DNA of 64,000 bases from Lama glama (lineage: Eukaryota), in assembly GCA_028534125.1 (NCBI GenBank), contig CM052818.1:20214001-20278000 (forward strand), written 5' to 3'. Shown here one piece after another: positions 39,503-53,840 of this stretch. The notes below the pieces were generated by a model. The model did not search any database and was not told where the DNA came from. It saw nothing but the letters and a program-made list of their open reading frames with translations. Position numbers and translations under genes: made by a program. How positions within the stretch are numbered: position 1 is the first letter of the stretch; the number at the start of each line of letters is the position of its first letter.

Positions 39503-42500
39503 TCATAGCGGAGCTGTGTTACAAAAAATCAGGTTCTAAGCCAGCAAATTAGTGACAACTGAATTTGGGAGGCACTCTGTTGGTGGCCATCTTTCCCTAG
39601 TCGACACCCAAAGCCTGTCCTCCGGGGGAACAAATTACTGTTTCTTTGCTTGAGCATCGGATGAAGTTCCTGACTTGCATTTTGAAAACCAAGTAACTGC
39701 CCTATCCCAATTTTGCCTACAGTGCTGGCCATGTGCCGGAAGGAGGCGGAAGACCAACCAGGAAGTACCCATTTTCACTCCACATTAGGCATTACATTTT
39801 CTGGGTGATCTCAAGCCAGTCACTTGACTTCCTCATTTCTCAGATGAAACTCAGACTCTCAGCTTAACCTCACAAGTTTAATTAAGGTGGATGATTTTGA
39901 AAGCCTATTGCAAAATACAGAGCTCTATATAATTGGAAGGTGCTACTAAATCCAATTTTTCTTCTGTGAGGTTTGGTCTCAATGTGTGTATTGGATGCAG
40001 CAGGTCAATGAGGTGTGTGTGGCTCAGAGCAGAAATGATGCTGAGCTGTTCCCACCACTAAGGAAGGGATCGTGAAGTGATGTTTCTATCCTGCAATGAT
40101 GTTTTCCTTTTATCAATCAGGGCAGGACTGGGCATGGTGCTGCCAGGAACAGGAGGGTGGGTGAGAGGACATCTCTGGCTGCTCTCAGTGCTATAATTCT
40201 ACAAAGAACTCCAAAAAAAGTGAGGATGTAGAAGAGAATCATGATCAGAGTGCATGCCCTCAAAGAGGGTATTTTGAGGACTTCCCCCAAAATGGCAAAG
40301 GCTATTCCAGCTTGCAGGACACCTCAGGCAGGTAACCTCTCAGGTAGCTTGTTTCAGAACAAGGCTCAGTTCTCAGGTTCTCAGATTCCAAGATGGAAGA
40401 GGAGGCTGAGCCTGAGTATCTGGGCTTTCCTTGGGTTACTCAAAACGCCCTTCTAGAGATTGTAGATTGCAGATTGTTTGGGATTAAATAAAAAGATGGG
40501 CAGAAACATTTTGAAAACGGTAAAAAAAAGAAAAAAAGCACATTTTAGGAATCTTCTGAATTTAGAGTGAAGAGGAATGTCAGAAAATGCAGCTAACTTC
40601 AAATTATTTGGGGCTGGTAACCTGTTTGGCTAGTACCTTTGGTCTCTTAGCCCGGTGGTCAGCACATGGTGTCTGGAAGGTCAGAGTCACAAGCTCCGCT
40701 GAGAAGCCAGTCACGCTGCTCTGTTCCAAAGCTAAAACTAGCGCCTCCTTCAATCTTGAAAGACCTAGTGCCCCAACCTGGGCCACAATGGTACCGTCTT
40801 CAAGGTCATGGTCATTACTCGTCTCCTCCAGAAAGCTTTCCTGGCTTTCTCCAAACTTTCTTTAATCCTCTGATACCCTAAGACCCTTGCCTATCCCTAA
40901 GATTTGGCAGACACTTTCCATATACTACTGTGATTCTAGTTATGTTTTTCAAGTGTCTCCCCAGGGCATCCATAAGCCACCAGAGGGCAGGGGCTCTAGC
41001 ATTTTTCTGAATCTACCCCGTGAGCAGCCCAGTTCCAGCACTCAGGAGACTGGCTGCCATGTGTGCCCACCGAGTGCATCTTCCTGGGTGTGCTTCTTTC
41101 TACCCTGGGCTCTGGGGGCCCTGGTGCTAAGGTAGCCACCCCTTGGCCTCGGGGAGGTGGCACAGCTGAGTTTTGTGCCTCCCCAGTGTGGTGGGGAGGT
41201 GGCCTCCAGGTGGCCCTGTGTGGGCTCAGATAGGATGGCGCTTGGGAAATCACAGAGCAGCCCTGCCCACCCTTCCCCAGGCCCCTCCAGAGCCTTACTG
41301 TTTTAGGTGGCTTTTTTTTTTTTTTATAAAATTCCTTTGAGGCTTGGCCCTAATTATCTGCTTCCTAATCACCTCATCATGGATGGAGCTGGTGAGAGCA
41401 GCAAGGCTCCACACGCCATGGGAGGGCACCTGGTGTGGCAGCCAACCCCTTGACGGATCAGAGCTGGGGTCAAAGAGCCAGCACTGGGCTTGATGATGTC
41501 AAGCATTACCCAGGGCTGGCTGCCATTTGCTGGGAAACTGGGGCCTGGCGTGGAGAAAGGAGAGGGGATGCCATGGGAGTCAGCCAAGGGCATGTGGTGG
41601 GAAGAGAAGCCCTGGGGAAGGGCTAATACCTCAGAAGGTGTCTCTGGTTTCAGGGTTAGCCAGGCACCTCACAACCCCTCCTGTTTGAATACAGGCTTAT
41701 ACTTTCTGAAGCATTTCCATGCTCTAATCTTATTAGATTCTCCAAACAGCTTGATGAGGTGGGTGGGGCAGGAACTGCTAGTCCCATTTGGGTCAAAAAC
41801 ATTTTGTGACTTGATTGAGGTCACATGGGGGCATCAGAGATCAGGTCTGGCCTGGAATCCCTACTCTCAGGGCTGTGCTTTTCCCACCCCACTGCCTAAC
41901 TGGACAGCAACAGGTGGCTGTGATGGAGCCACCATTGACCCCATACTTACTATGGGCCAGGTGCTGTGCTAAATGCCTTAGACGCATGATGTCATTCAAT
42001 CCTCCCAATGGCCCTTGGTAAAGGGAGCAAGACCCTTATCAGTGGAATCTGCCTACAGTAAGACCAGGGATTGTTTGCCATTTCACGTGGAGTGGCGATG
42101 CTGGTACACGTGTAGATGGGAAGGAAGAGTGTCTGGGCCCCACTGTAAACAGAGATCTGATTTGTTTATTATAAGTTTCACCAAGAGATTGCCTTTCATG
42201 AAAGCTGTGTGGGTGTTTTGTTCATCATAAAGTGAGTGTTTGTCTTGGGCTGGGCCCTCGACTGGGCCATCAACCCTTTGACTCTGGCATCAATTCAGAG
42301 GGCCTGGAACCAAGCATTTGATTTTAAAGAGGAAATGAGGAGGGTGGTGAAAAAGCAGGTCCGATCAAAAGCCCTTGCTTTCAGTGATTTCCTAGGGGAA
42401 CATACTAGCAGAGAGAGACTGAAATCCCTACTCTTCATATGTTTTAGAAGATAAAGGTTCCAGTGAGAATTTACCTAATACCACCCTCCCTCAACGACTC

Positions 42501-43852
42501 TCCTCAGGCCTCCTCATGTCTTGTCTGGGTTATGAAAAGACTCAATCATTCTTCCTTGACTCTCTGCCTTCTGATCTGCCTTGTGATTGCCCATCTTCTT
42601 CCTGAGACAAGTCTGATGATGTCTCTCCTTCCACAGGGAAACCCTTAATCATTCCACAAATCCTACACGATACAGGCCACTTTCCTCAGTCCTTTTTCTC
42701 AATCTCACTCATTACTAAGAGTGCTAAGAAATCCTCTGTTCTAGCCACACTATCTTCCTTTCCTTAAAAAAGGCCAAGGATGTTCTCATCTCCTATTCTT
42801 TGCTCATGTTGGATGACAAGTTCTTATTCATTTAGTCATTCAACAAACCATTACTAAAAGCCTGATTTGCATTCTGGAGTCTGGGTGTACCCAGATCATA
42901 AACACAGCCCCTGCCTTAAAGAACTCAGAGCCCAGGGATGTTAAACCCCACCTCACTCCACCCCCACTCTGACTGTTCCTGTTGTTTTCAGGAGTGCTCC
43001 CCACCCCGTACCACCAAAGGAAATCCTGCTGATTCTCTACAACTCAACTCAACCACACTTCCATCATCTCTGAGGTTACCATCTTGTGTTATGTACCTCT
43101 TGATTCTGCTTACTTGTTTACTTATCTGTCACTTTCTCTAGACATAAAGTTCTTTTAGGAGAGCCATGAATATCTTAGTCTATTCTTTATCCTCACATTG
43201 CTTTGTGTCTAGCAGGTGCTCAAACAGTGCTCCCTAGAAGGAAATGACACTTGAATGTGCTAACCCCTACCCACCATGGACAATGCCTGAAGGGGGCTGG
43301 TACTTCCTTCTCATCTCACATGTGTCAGAACCCTCCAGACCATTTTATTAAGTTTCTATGACAGACTATGTCTTAAATCTGAATCACATCACACTAAGTA
43401 TGTCTCAGTCTAGGCAAGACTGACCTAGAGAAATTCGAGGCAAACACTTTAGGATGAATAAAACATCCAAACAACGTTCATGAAAGGCAACCCACTGGTG
43501 AGGCTCATAATGAACGTCTCTGATCTCCACTTAAAATGAGGCCCAGTCATTGTCCTCGTCCTGCTGATCTAGTGTGCCAGCTATACAGCATCAGCGCTAT
43601 ACTAGAAACAGCAACTAATTCTTGGTTTTACTGTAGGCAAATAACTGTAGATAAAGCTAATTGCTACCTTTATCAATAGCACTCCTTTGTTCTGGTTATT
43701 AACAAGTGAAAATAACGATACAAGTCAACAGCATCTCTTGGTCTTAGTTTCGTTGGTAGTTCTGGACTGGGCTGAGGGAGACTGTTCAGGGAGGACTTGC
43801 CCAGATTTGGGGAATGGCCTGTAACTCTCAGTTCACCGTTGTCTCCCCATTA

Positions 43853-44200
<348 letters not shown>

Positions 44201-46859
44201 TTAATGCCTCCCTCATCCCAGGATGGTCCTTTTGAGTTGGACAGATGTGCACACCTCAGGGAAATCTGCTACAGAAAGGAAAACCTTTGAAGAAGCTTGA
44301 CCTGCTGACAGTCAGCCTCAAACCAGGGCTCTCGCCCAAGGGGTCAACCCTCAAAGGTGACTCCATGAGGGGGGAGCTTCTGGAACCTCAGGAATATTTC
44401 AACACAGCTGAGGTTTAAAAGAGGCAGCAGCTATTTACTGAAGCCCTATGAAATGCTGAAATTCATATTACTTTTATCTTGATAGGAGAGAAAGAAGCAA
44501 CTTACGCCCTTCCCTTCATGAGTTTATGGAGATCAGCTGGAGGGACAAAACTGATACCTATTAGCATCAGTGAATCAGATAAAAACCACGCAGGAATCAG
44601 GTGTGACTTTATAGGGCGCTGACTATGTGTACTGCCATGTTTCAGTGGGGGAGACCACTGATGGCTGATGCAGGCAGGGAAGACTTCGAGGAAATGGTGC
44701 TCTCAAGAGAAGCTTGGCTAGGTGGTAAGGTTTGGATAGACCATGAAGAGAAAGGGGGAGGGGGAGGGGAAGGCTAACACAGTCAATGCAAAAGGCAGAG
44801 AACTGGGTCCCAATAAATTGTGAGGCAAGACAGGCATGTTGAAACCAACCAACCACAAAGAGCCTAAAACACTGGGAAGACGGGTTTGAAATTCAGGCTG
44901 AGGGGCTGCAGGTAATGGAAGCCTGGCCTACACCAGCACAAAGTATTTGCAAGATCATTCTCCTAGGGGCAAGCAGGCTGGGTGGGGGAAGGGCCTGGTG
45001 GCAGGAAGAGAGAGACACTGGTTGCAATAACCGGGCTCTACAGAGTTGGGTGCTTCTGTGCAGGGAGTGGGGGCCACAGGGGCTTGCCGGCCTCAGCCAG
45101 TGAAGCTCTTACATGGCCTGTTTGGCAGCTTGGGGTTCCACATAAGATTGTGTATAAAATCTATGGCTCGGGATAAGAATTTCCTTACCAAGTATGCACA
45201 TACCAGACCTGTCCCACAGAAAGACCCAGACTGTTGGATGGAGGTCCTCACCCTGGGTCTCTCTCAGTAGCCACTCTGGCGTGAGGGTGGGGGTCTTGCA
45301 AAGAAGGCCGACTCTCCCTGCACCCAGAGCAGTAGTGGCCTTTCTCACAAGCCTGCTGACGTCTGGACTTGAACTCCAGCCACCATCAGGAATCCAGGCC
45401 TGAGTGCAAAGGTGGGGCCGGAAGCACTCTAGGGCTGGCCTGTCTTGCACCCATGGCCCCATTTCCGTGTACAGCTGGGACTTCTTGACAAAAGAGAAAG
45501 CACATAAAATGTGCTGCTCTAAGCAAATGCTCAGGAACTACAGAAAGAAGAGTGCGCCTGACAAGCCAAGCCTCTGGGACCAGAGCTCCTCAAGTCCCCT
45601 CCCTGGCCACCGTGTATGGTCAACATTTGGCTCTGGCTAGGGGAGCAGTGAGATGAATACAACTTGCGGGCAGGTGGCCTGGGTTATAATCATGATTGGG
45701 GTGTGATCCTGGTGCACCCTTGCTGGTCTGTAACCTTATCTGTCAAGTTGGGATGGTACAATCCTGATGCTGTGAAAAATTACTGTGATAAGGTGTGTGA
45801 GAGCAGCAGGCCTTTAATACCCTTACATCCCCCTCCTTAATGAGGAAACTGAGAGGGAGCTGGGTGTCTGCAGGTGTTTGAGCAGGTGAGAGGCTGACTC
45901 CTGGGCCCCAGTGAGTTACACACTCTCTAGTCTAGAGTTGCCTTTCTAAGACTCACATCCATACACCATGATCACCATTGCAAAATTCACTCTACTAGTA
46001 ACAATAACACGTGGAAAGCGCCTGATGGTCTATAAACCACATCCATGTTCTGAGCAACACTGAGAGTTAGGAAGACTGCCACCGCAGGACAGTGGCAGAA
46101 ATAAGCACATGGAAGCCGGAAGAAGGTAAGTGATTTCTGCAAGGTGACAGGGGGCTGGTGGGACTGGGACCTGAACCCCACCTTGATCAAGATCCTGCAT
46201 GCCACTGGTCAAAGCACTCTCTTTTGGAGGCTTGGTTATGTCATAGGAAGGACTTGCTCTCTTGTGTATGAATGGAAGAGCCACAGAAGGTTCTAGGCCA
46301 GCCTGAATCGTGCCCTTGTTCTGAAAGTTACGACTCAGCATTTCTGGCCCAGCAGGCTCAGCTTTTCCCTCTGCTCGGGGCCCCTATTCAGGGCACAAGA
46401 AGGTGGAATGTCTTCTTTCTCCTCACCTCCTGCTTTTCTGCCTGTGCCCCAGCCCAGATGCACACCAGCCCTTGGCTCCTTGGGGAAAGCAGCTGCCCCT
46501 GTTGAAGGCCCAGGGGGATTACCAGGGCCTGGCATGGACAGCGGCCCCTCTGCTGTGGTGAGGGAAGGCACCAGGCCAAAGCCTTTCTTCCTTTTTTCCC
46601 ACCGTCCTGTCACTGAGGCTTGGAATCTTCCTCAGATTCCCCCTCCACTGTCTGGGTGTCTCTAAACTCCAACTCCCCATGTGAAACCGGGTCCCAAGGA
46701 AGAGTTATTGACTTACATTCCTGTCCTTTGGAACAGAAAAGATTAGCACAGCTTGAATGGCCCCTGAAGGTCAGAAAGGCCACTACTTCAACTTGCCAAG
46801 TCTGATAGGTAGAAATTCTCTCTCAGTATATTCCTAAATTTTTCTGTAAGTTTGAGCAT

Positions 46860-48510
46860 TTTTCATAATTTTTTTCTGTATTTTTTCCTGCAAATTGTTG
46901 CCCATTTTCCTTTTGTGGTATTTGTTTTTAAATTGATTTTTAGGAGTTCTTTCTATATTAGGAAACAAACTTTGTGGGGGATAAGAATTGCAAATACTTG
47001 TCCCAGTTTACTCTTTGATTTCTGACATTGTTTATGGTGGTTTTTGCCAGGCCAATCTCATTTATGTTTTATGTAATTGATTTGATGTGTAATTTTATGG
47101 TTTTTGTTGTTTAGGTTTTAATTCGAAAGGCTTTATTTGCCCCATTTCAAAGTTATAAAAGCATTCTCCCAAGGTTTCTCCCTAATACTTCTGTTTCCCT
47201 TTAATAAACGTAAATCTCTGATGTAACTGGAGTCTGTCCTGATAAAAGGTGTGAAGTGTAGATCCAACTTTGTTTCCAGATATCTAGTAAGTTGCCTCAA
47301 TCCCATATGTTGACTAGTTTCATCTTTCCCTCATTGACTGAAATGTCACCCTTATCACATAATGGTATTAAATGCCCATTATATTTGCATTCATTTCTGT
47401 ACTCTTCATCCTATAACATTGATCTGTACCTCATTTTTAAACTATCATAGGTTTATAATACGTTTTAACAGCCAGTAGATTTGGTGCCCTTTCTTCTTTT
47501 TCAAAATTTCCTGGCTACTCTTGCTTGTTTATTTTTCCATATGAACTTTAGAATCATCTGCCTAGTTAAAAAAAAATTCCCAGTGATGTTTTTTATGGGG
47601 AACATGTTTCAAGTTATAAATTAACTCAGGGGGAATTGATCTTTTTATGATGTTGAGTCTCTCTATTCAACCACATTGTTTGTCTTTCCATTTGTTCAAG
47701 CCTTGTCTGTGTCCTTTAGGAAGATTTTAAAGTTCTTCCCTACAGATCTTGTACATTCTTGTTACATTTCATGGTAGACTGCTGGTTGTCCTGATATTCA
47801 TTCTCTCTTTCTGCCTTAGTGAGAGAATGTTTTCGTTCAAGTCATGCACACAGTGATGCAGTTTAAAACGAGACTTCAAAGCGTTCCTTAGATAGAGCTG
47901 GGTGTGGTTCTGTGACTAAGTTCTAGCCAATCAGCTGCATGGAAGTCTCCTTAAAAGGGAGAGTCTTACCCTTCCTTTTCTTTCCTTCCTCCATCCTGTT
48001 GCCTGAATGAGGATGTCTGGAGTCTTAGCAGCCACCTTTGACCACAAAGACAAGGACCACGCCCCTGCAATGCTGCCCACCTCCAGAAGACATTCATAAG
48101 AAAAAGAAATAAACTTGGATTTTATTTAAAGCACCGTTATTTGGGGTTAAATGTTAACTGCAACTGAATCCACTCCTAAATAAACCAAGTTATTATTTTA
48201 TATTTCAAATTCCTATTGGAAACGGGGTCTTTTCTTCTATTGTATCTCCTGTCAGGTTGCATATGGATATATGAGCCATTGATTTCTACCATTATGAGCC
48301 CTGCCACTATACTGAGTGACTTTCATTTTTGTAAAGGAATTTTGCAGTTGACTCCTCAGGATTTTCTAAATCATCTAGAGTTAGTGATCCTTTTAACCTC
48401 TTCCTTTTCAGTGATTATATTTCTAACCAATGTCTTCTATCTGATTGTGTTGACTAGAACCTTGAGAACAATGGTGAGAGGTGAGCACCTCTGGTAGTCC
48501 CTGATTTTAA
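46860..48510 (-). mobile_element. L1ME-type ORF2 fragment, interrupted by an MLT1 LTR
   Basis: T-rich antisense L1 text: ttgcccattttc...gagttctttctatatt...ttgcaaatac...ttttccatatgaactttagaatca...tgatgttgagtct...tgactagaaccttgagaacaatg. Confidence 0.75.
47770..48186 (+). mobile_element. MaLR LTR (MLT1I/J-like) nested in L1ME
   Basis: tgtgactaagttctagccaat, ttcctccatcctgttgcctgaatgaggatg, gcagccacctttgaccac, agaaataaact...tttaaagcaccgttatttgggg. Confidence 0.7.
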
Positions 48511-48741
48511 GGGCAGTCCCCCTCCCAGCATTTCCTCCTCAGGCAGAATACCTTTAACACAGCCCTTGTCTCTTGGCACCTGGATCAAAGGCTACCTTAC
48601 TGTATTTCTCCACTAGACTGGGGACTTGGGAGAACTTCCACGGAAAGTCTCTTCCTCTACCAGCTGCTGGAAGTTCAAAGGGGCTGTTTATGGCCTGGAG
48701 GGAAGAGGGCAAGGAGCAGGCCATGTGTTCTCCCTCTGGTC

Positions 48742-48985
48742 CAGAGTTTCTCACCTTTGGCACACTGGAGCTGGACAGACATTTGGGGCTGGATAATTCT
48801 TTGCTGTGTTGGGGCTGTGCTGTGCCTCACAGAATATTCAGTAGCATCCCCGGCCTCTGTACGTTAGATACTATTAGCAAACCCCACCCATCAAGTTCTG
48901 ACAAGCAAAAATGGCTCTAGACATTGCCAAACATCTCCTTGCAGGGCCTCTGGTGGACAACTACTTCTCTAAGTCTTAAACAGTG
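48742..48985 (-). mobile_element. MER20
   Basis: gacatttggggctggataattctttgctgtg...gcatccccggcctct...ctctagacattgccaaacatc. Confidence 0.8.
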
Positions 48986-51900
48986 ATCAAGGTTCCAAGA
49001 TGGTCTGACCCCAATTATGAAGCCAGAGAGGGATTTGGGAGCCATGCTTTGGCTATCAGGGAAGGAAGCATCTGCCTGGGGTGTCCTCTGCCATTTTATC
49101 CTGAGAGACAAGAACCCTGCCCATGCCAACCCTGCTGACATCAACCCACTTTTCTAAACGTATGAGGAAATGGAGGCTCAAAAAAGGTGAGTCCCTTGCC
49201 CAGGGTCTCAGAGCTGGTAAGAAGCAGTGCTGAGTTGACTTCACATGGCTGCCCTTGATTACCTTGTGCCAAATGTAAGACCCATGAGCTGGAAATCTCC
49301 ATCTGCTGACTGGACCCAAATTCCTCTGGGCTGGGAAAGGAAGGCTTCATGGTGAGAAGGGGAACACAGGGGCAGAGAGGTCACAGTGGCTGACACGGAA
49401 AGACTGATTTAGAGGCAGGATGGTATGACCAAGGCTCCCTTGGGGTAGGAGCACAGATCTCTTCCAGAAACTCAAAAGACACCAAGAAAAGAAATGCCCT
49501 AAAAACATACTTTTTTTTTTCTTTCTCAATTCTATAAAACCTATCTGAGGGGAGGGGGGTCAAGGGAAAGACCTAGCTGTTAGTTTTAGGAAGAAAAAAA
49601 ATTCTCCTATGACCAACTGCACTTTATTGGGTTGAAGAAAGGGAAAGGGGTCTGTAAGTAAAAGCAGATCTCTAAAGTGAGTTTGCTGTGAGCTGGGGAA
49701 GAAGATGTAAAGAAGGTCTTTGTATCAAGGACATCCACTGGAGATGGGGTGAGAGCAGCAGAAGGTTTAATTATACTTTTAACAAAAGTATAGTTTTAAC
49801 ATGACAAGGAATCAACTGTTGATATCTCTAGAAATATGTCCACAACAATTTGATATACAGATTTCGGCTTCTAAGAATTGAAGGCTTACACCCCGCAAGG
49901 CTATCTATACAGCTAATGGCTTATGTAGAAGAAGTTGTAGGTGCCTCTGTGTTGTGATTTGAGATGCTGGGTGGGTCTCTCAACTTCTCTTTTCCTGATA
50001 GGCAGTGAGGCCATTGTGAATCTGAATCCTAACTCTGCAACTTTCTAGCTGGATGATGTTGGGCTGGTATAAAATATCTTTGGGACTCAGTTTCCTTACC
50101 TGTAAAATGGGGATAACACTGCCATGATTGAATGATGTAACCACTGGAAAAGCTCTTGCATGGTGCCAGATACACAGTAGTTACCCCAAGAACTCTGTCC
50201 TCCCCATGCATCTCCAATAGTTATTTCTTAAAATACACATGTCCTGTGAGGGCAAGTCACTAGATCCTTTGTATAGTATACTTACTTTGTGAAGTATACT
50301 TATTACCTCCTACTGGGTATAAGTCACCAAGATAGACACTGTGGGATGAAAAATAGGAAGCACGTCCAACTGGAACATATGAGAGAAAATGACGACTGAT
50401 GCTTAAATGAGAGAGACAGACAGAGATTGAAACTTTCAGTCTAGCCCAGTGAGAAAAATCAGATTCTGTTCCCCTGGGCCTGGGGAATGGCACCTGATGG
50501 GAACACCAAGGGCCCCAGGGGAGAAAAAAAAGGGTGGAAGGTAGAGAGATAGGGAGGAGGGGTTGGGGCTGCACAGGTGTTTCTAATCAGGATTGATGTG
50601 ACAGCTTCCAGACCCTCAACAAACTTCTCAGCCCTGGGATCGCCAGGCTGGGAGTGGACCCGCAGGGTTGCTGTGGTTCGCAGTGGTAACCTGTCCCTAG
50701 CTCTGCGGCTATCACACACCTTATCTCTCTCACTCACCACAACAGCCCTGCGCCATGGGTATCATCATCCCCAGTTTATAGATAAAGAACTTGGGGTGGG
50801 CAACAAAGCCAAGCAAGGAGAGTGGGGCCCACACTTCAGAAGCTGGGTGGAGTCCTGTATTCCGCACACAGGACCCTAGCCGTCTCAGCTGAAAATTCAT
50901 TTTCCCATTTGTAAAATTATAGTTTCCCAATTTGACGCTAGATCATCCAACTATAAGGGTCAGGAAACTCTTCTTCTCTAAACCACAGAGCATTCAGCCC
51001 AGGGTTGGCACCTGTGAGACCCTTCACATGCAAGAAAAAAAGATTTTTTTTTTTTGCCTGACTTGAAAACTCACCTTGAAGAAGGAGACCCATATGCTCC
51101 TGTCTCCTTCATCCTGGCTCCATATATATATATATATATTTTTTTTTTGGATGCCCTCACTTCACTAGTATGCTCACCCTACTGGCATGCTAATTTCACA
51201 AAGCTTAGGCCTGAGTGCCACAGAAACGAAGGCGAATTCTTCCATTTACTTGAAGATGAGAGATTAGAGAGATTACTTCTCAGGATGCCAAGTATTTGGA
51301 TTACCAGAGAGCAGGCCCTCGGGGGGAGGTTATGAAGAAACTCTGCTTGTTTTTGGAGAAATAGTGAAGACTTGCAAATGACTACGGTTGATCAGATGTG
51401 AATACAGGCTCCTCTGTTAGACCCTGCCAAACACCTTCATAAATTTGACAATCTGTTTAAGAGAAAGACAGTTTGCCCCTTCAGGACAGTCAGGCTCCTC
51501 TCGAGATTGTGGCAAATGCTGGTGACTGGCTGTTATCCTTCCTCCCAGCTTTCTCTGTGGCAGCCACCCCTTAGCCCCCCAGGAAGGCCACATCACTCAA
51601 TTCCCATCCTAGGCCAGATAGGACGGCAAGTAAGAAGCCTAGGAAAGTGTACCTTGTGCCTCTCCATCAAATAGAAAAGCATAATTTGCTTCAGAGCCAA
51701 GGTAAACGATTAAAGAATTCTCTACTGTGACACTGATACCTGAGAGTCAATATTTCACTCTGAGCCAGTCTGCAGAGAAATCTTTCTCTAAGTCTTTTCA
51801 AAGGAAAAGCTCAATCATTTAGAACACAATCATAGCCACCATTTTTTTTTCCCAAATGCTTTTGCATGCCAGGCTCAGGGGTAAATCTTTTATATGCATT

Positions 51901-53299
51901 ATGTAATTGCACAAATAGCCTATGAACCTGGTAAGACAACTATTATCTTCCTTGCAAAGATGAGAAAGAAGGGTCTTAGGGATCATTTTTCTAGTCTGGA
52001 ACACACAGGTGGCGAGTGTCTGACACTAACTCCCATGTCCAGAATCACTATGCTATGTTGCTTGTGGAGTTAAAAAAAAAAATCCTGTATCCACACTCCT
52101 AATCTTTTGTGGGATTGAGAACACACTTGTTGCTCTTGGGGTGGTGGTTGCTTTTGACTTATGGCAACATGGTTATGAGATGTAACTGATAAGCTAGACA
52201 CTGCTGTTTTAACCAAACAGACGACCCCTTGTCTGAAGAGAGCAGACTTTCAGCTACTACAATGACAGTTGGAAACTTGAGGTGTGAAACAACATCCCTG
52301 TTCATAGCCAAAATAAATAGCCTGGGGCTGCACCTGGGCATTAAGACTTGGATTCATGGCAGAATAACTTATCTGATTGCATGATTCTCCAATTACTTTT
52401 CTTCTTTAACCCCCAGTGATGAAAGCAAATTCTTATTCTTAAGACTCATGGATAATATCCTGACATCACTGATGGGAAATAGGCCTTGACTTGTGCCCCC
52501 AGTAAGTGGGATGGGCTGCCCTGACCACCATGACATTTATACCTAGTTGCCCTAATTCCTCTCCAGGCCACCAATCAACTTGTGCTTCAAAATGGTTATC
52601 TGGGGTTTGGTGTATAGACCAGGGCCAAAAACACTCGTTACTTCAAGCAATCTGCTTCCCTGAGCTTTACGGTCCTCAAATATGAGAACCCTTCTTGTCT
52701 AAGACCCTGGGAAGCTAAGGCTGCTGAAGCCCAGGAAACTTGAACTTGCACTCCAGGCTGCTGCATACCAAATGCTTCCCTTTCCAGTTTGGAGCAAGCC
52801 TTTGCTAGCGGGCATTTTTATACAAAATGTAAATCAAACGGCACTATTCTCCCACTTGCGTTCTTCAGTGGCGCCCCATGCACTTGCTTCCTATCATGGT
52901 GCGAGAGACCCTTTGTGGTCTCCACCAGCGTGGCCTTTTTGCCTCATCCCTCAGCACACCTCCTGACAATCCAAACCTGGGGCCTGTGGGCGGTTCCCAG
53001 ATGGGTGAGGCTGTCTCCTGACTCCGCATCTTGGCCCCACTGGGAGTGCCTGTCTTCCGCAGTGACCCACGCCATGAGGGCAGGGCCTAGGAATCCCCCC
53101 AGTGCCTGAAGCATCCTAGCTTCTCAATACTTGTTGGTCAAATGGATGAAGGAATGAGTGAGTAGAGGCATGAATTTGTGGATGGTGGCCCCCAGCAGCC
53201 AGATGACCTTATTTTCATATGGAACTACTAAAACATAATATTAAAAACTAAGGCCAAAACCATCAGAGGCAGCTGAATCTGATGTTGTCTTGCACCTTC

Positions 53300-53840
53300 C
53301 CATCCAATTCCCTGTTATACTCAGGAAGGACCCTTTGCTGACCCCAGCAGTTTCCTTGGCAGTCAGAGCAGCATCTGAGTGCCCCACTCTGGTCCCAGGA
53401 TGGCCCTCCTGTCTTATTTGGTGCCACCTTCCCCTCCGTCCAGCCACAGGGGTTTCTGATAGTTCCTCAAGCTCACTGGGCAGTTTCCTGCTTGAGACCT
53501 TTGCCACATCACCGTTCCTTCTCCCTGGAAAACAGACTCTGTGTCACTTGGATCTCTGCCTTCATCCCCTTTCCTCAAAGATGCCTCCCTTGGCCACCCT
53601 GTCTGAAACATCCCATCACCACCCACCCTGGACCCTTCCTTTATTCTCAGTCACTTTGGTCATTTCCTTCCCAGCAATGATCACCATTCGTAATTACTTG
53701 GCTTGTTTATTTCCTTAAATTTACGGTTTCCCTCACATGAGCTCCATGAGAACAGGGGCTGCATCTTTGTGCTCCCAGTTTGGTCCCCAGAGCCCTGCAA
53801 AGTGCCTGGACCTCAATGTTTGTTGAGTGTCTGGATGAGA
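53300..53840 (+). mobile_element. L2 fragment with 3' tail
   Basis: aaagatgcctcccttggccaccctgtctgaa...atgagctccatgagaacagggg...gtgcctggacctcaatgtttgttgagtg. Confidence 0.6.
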
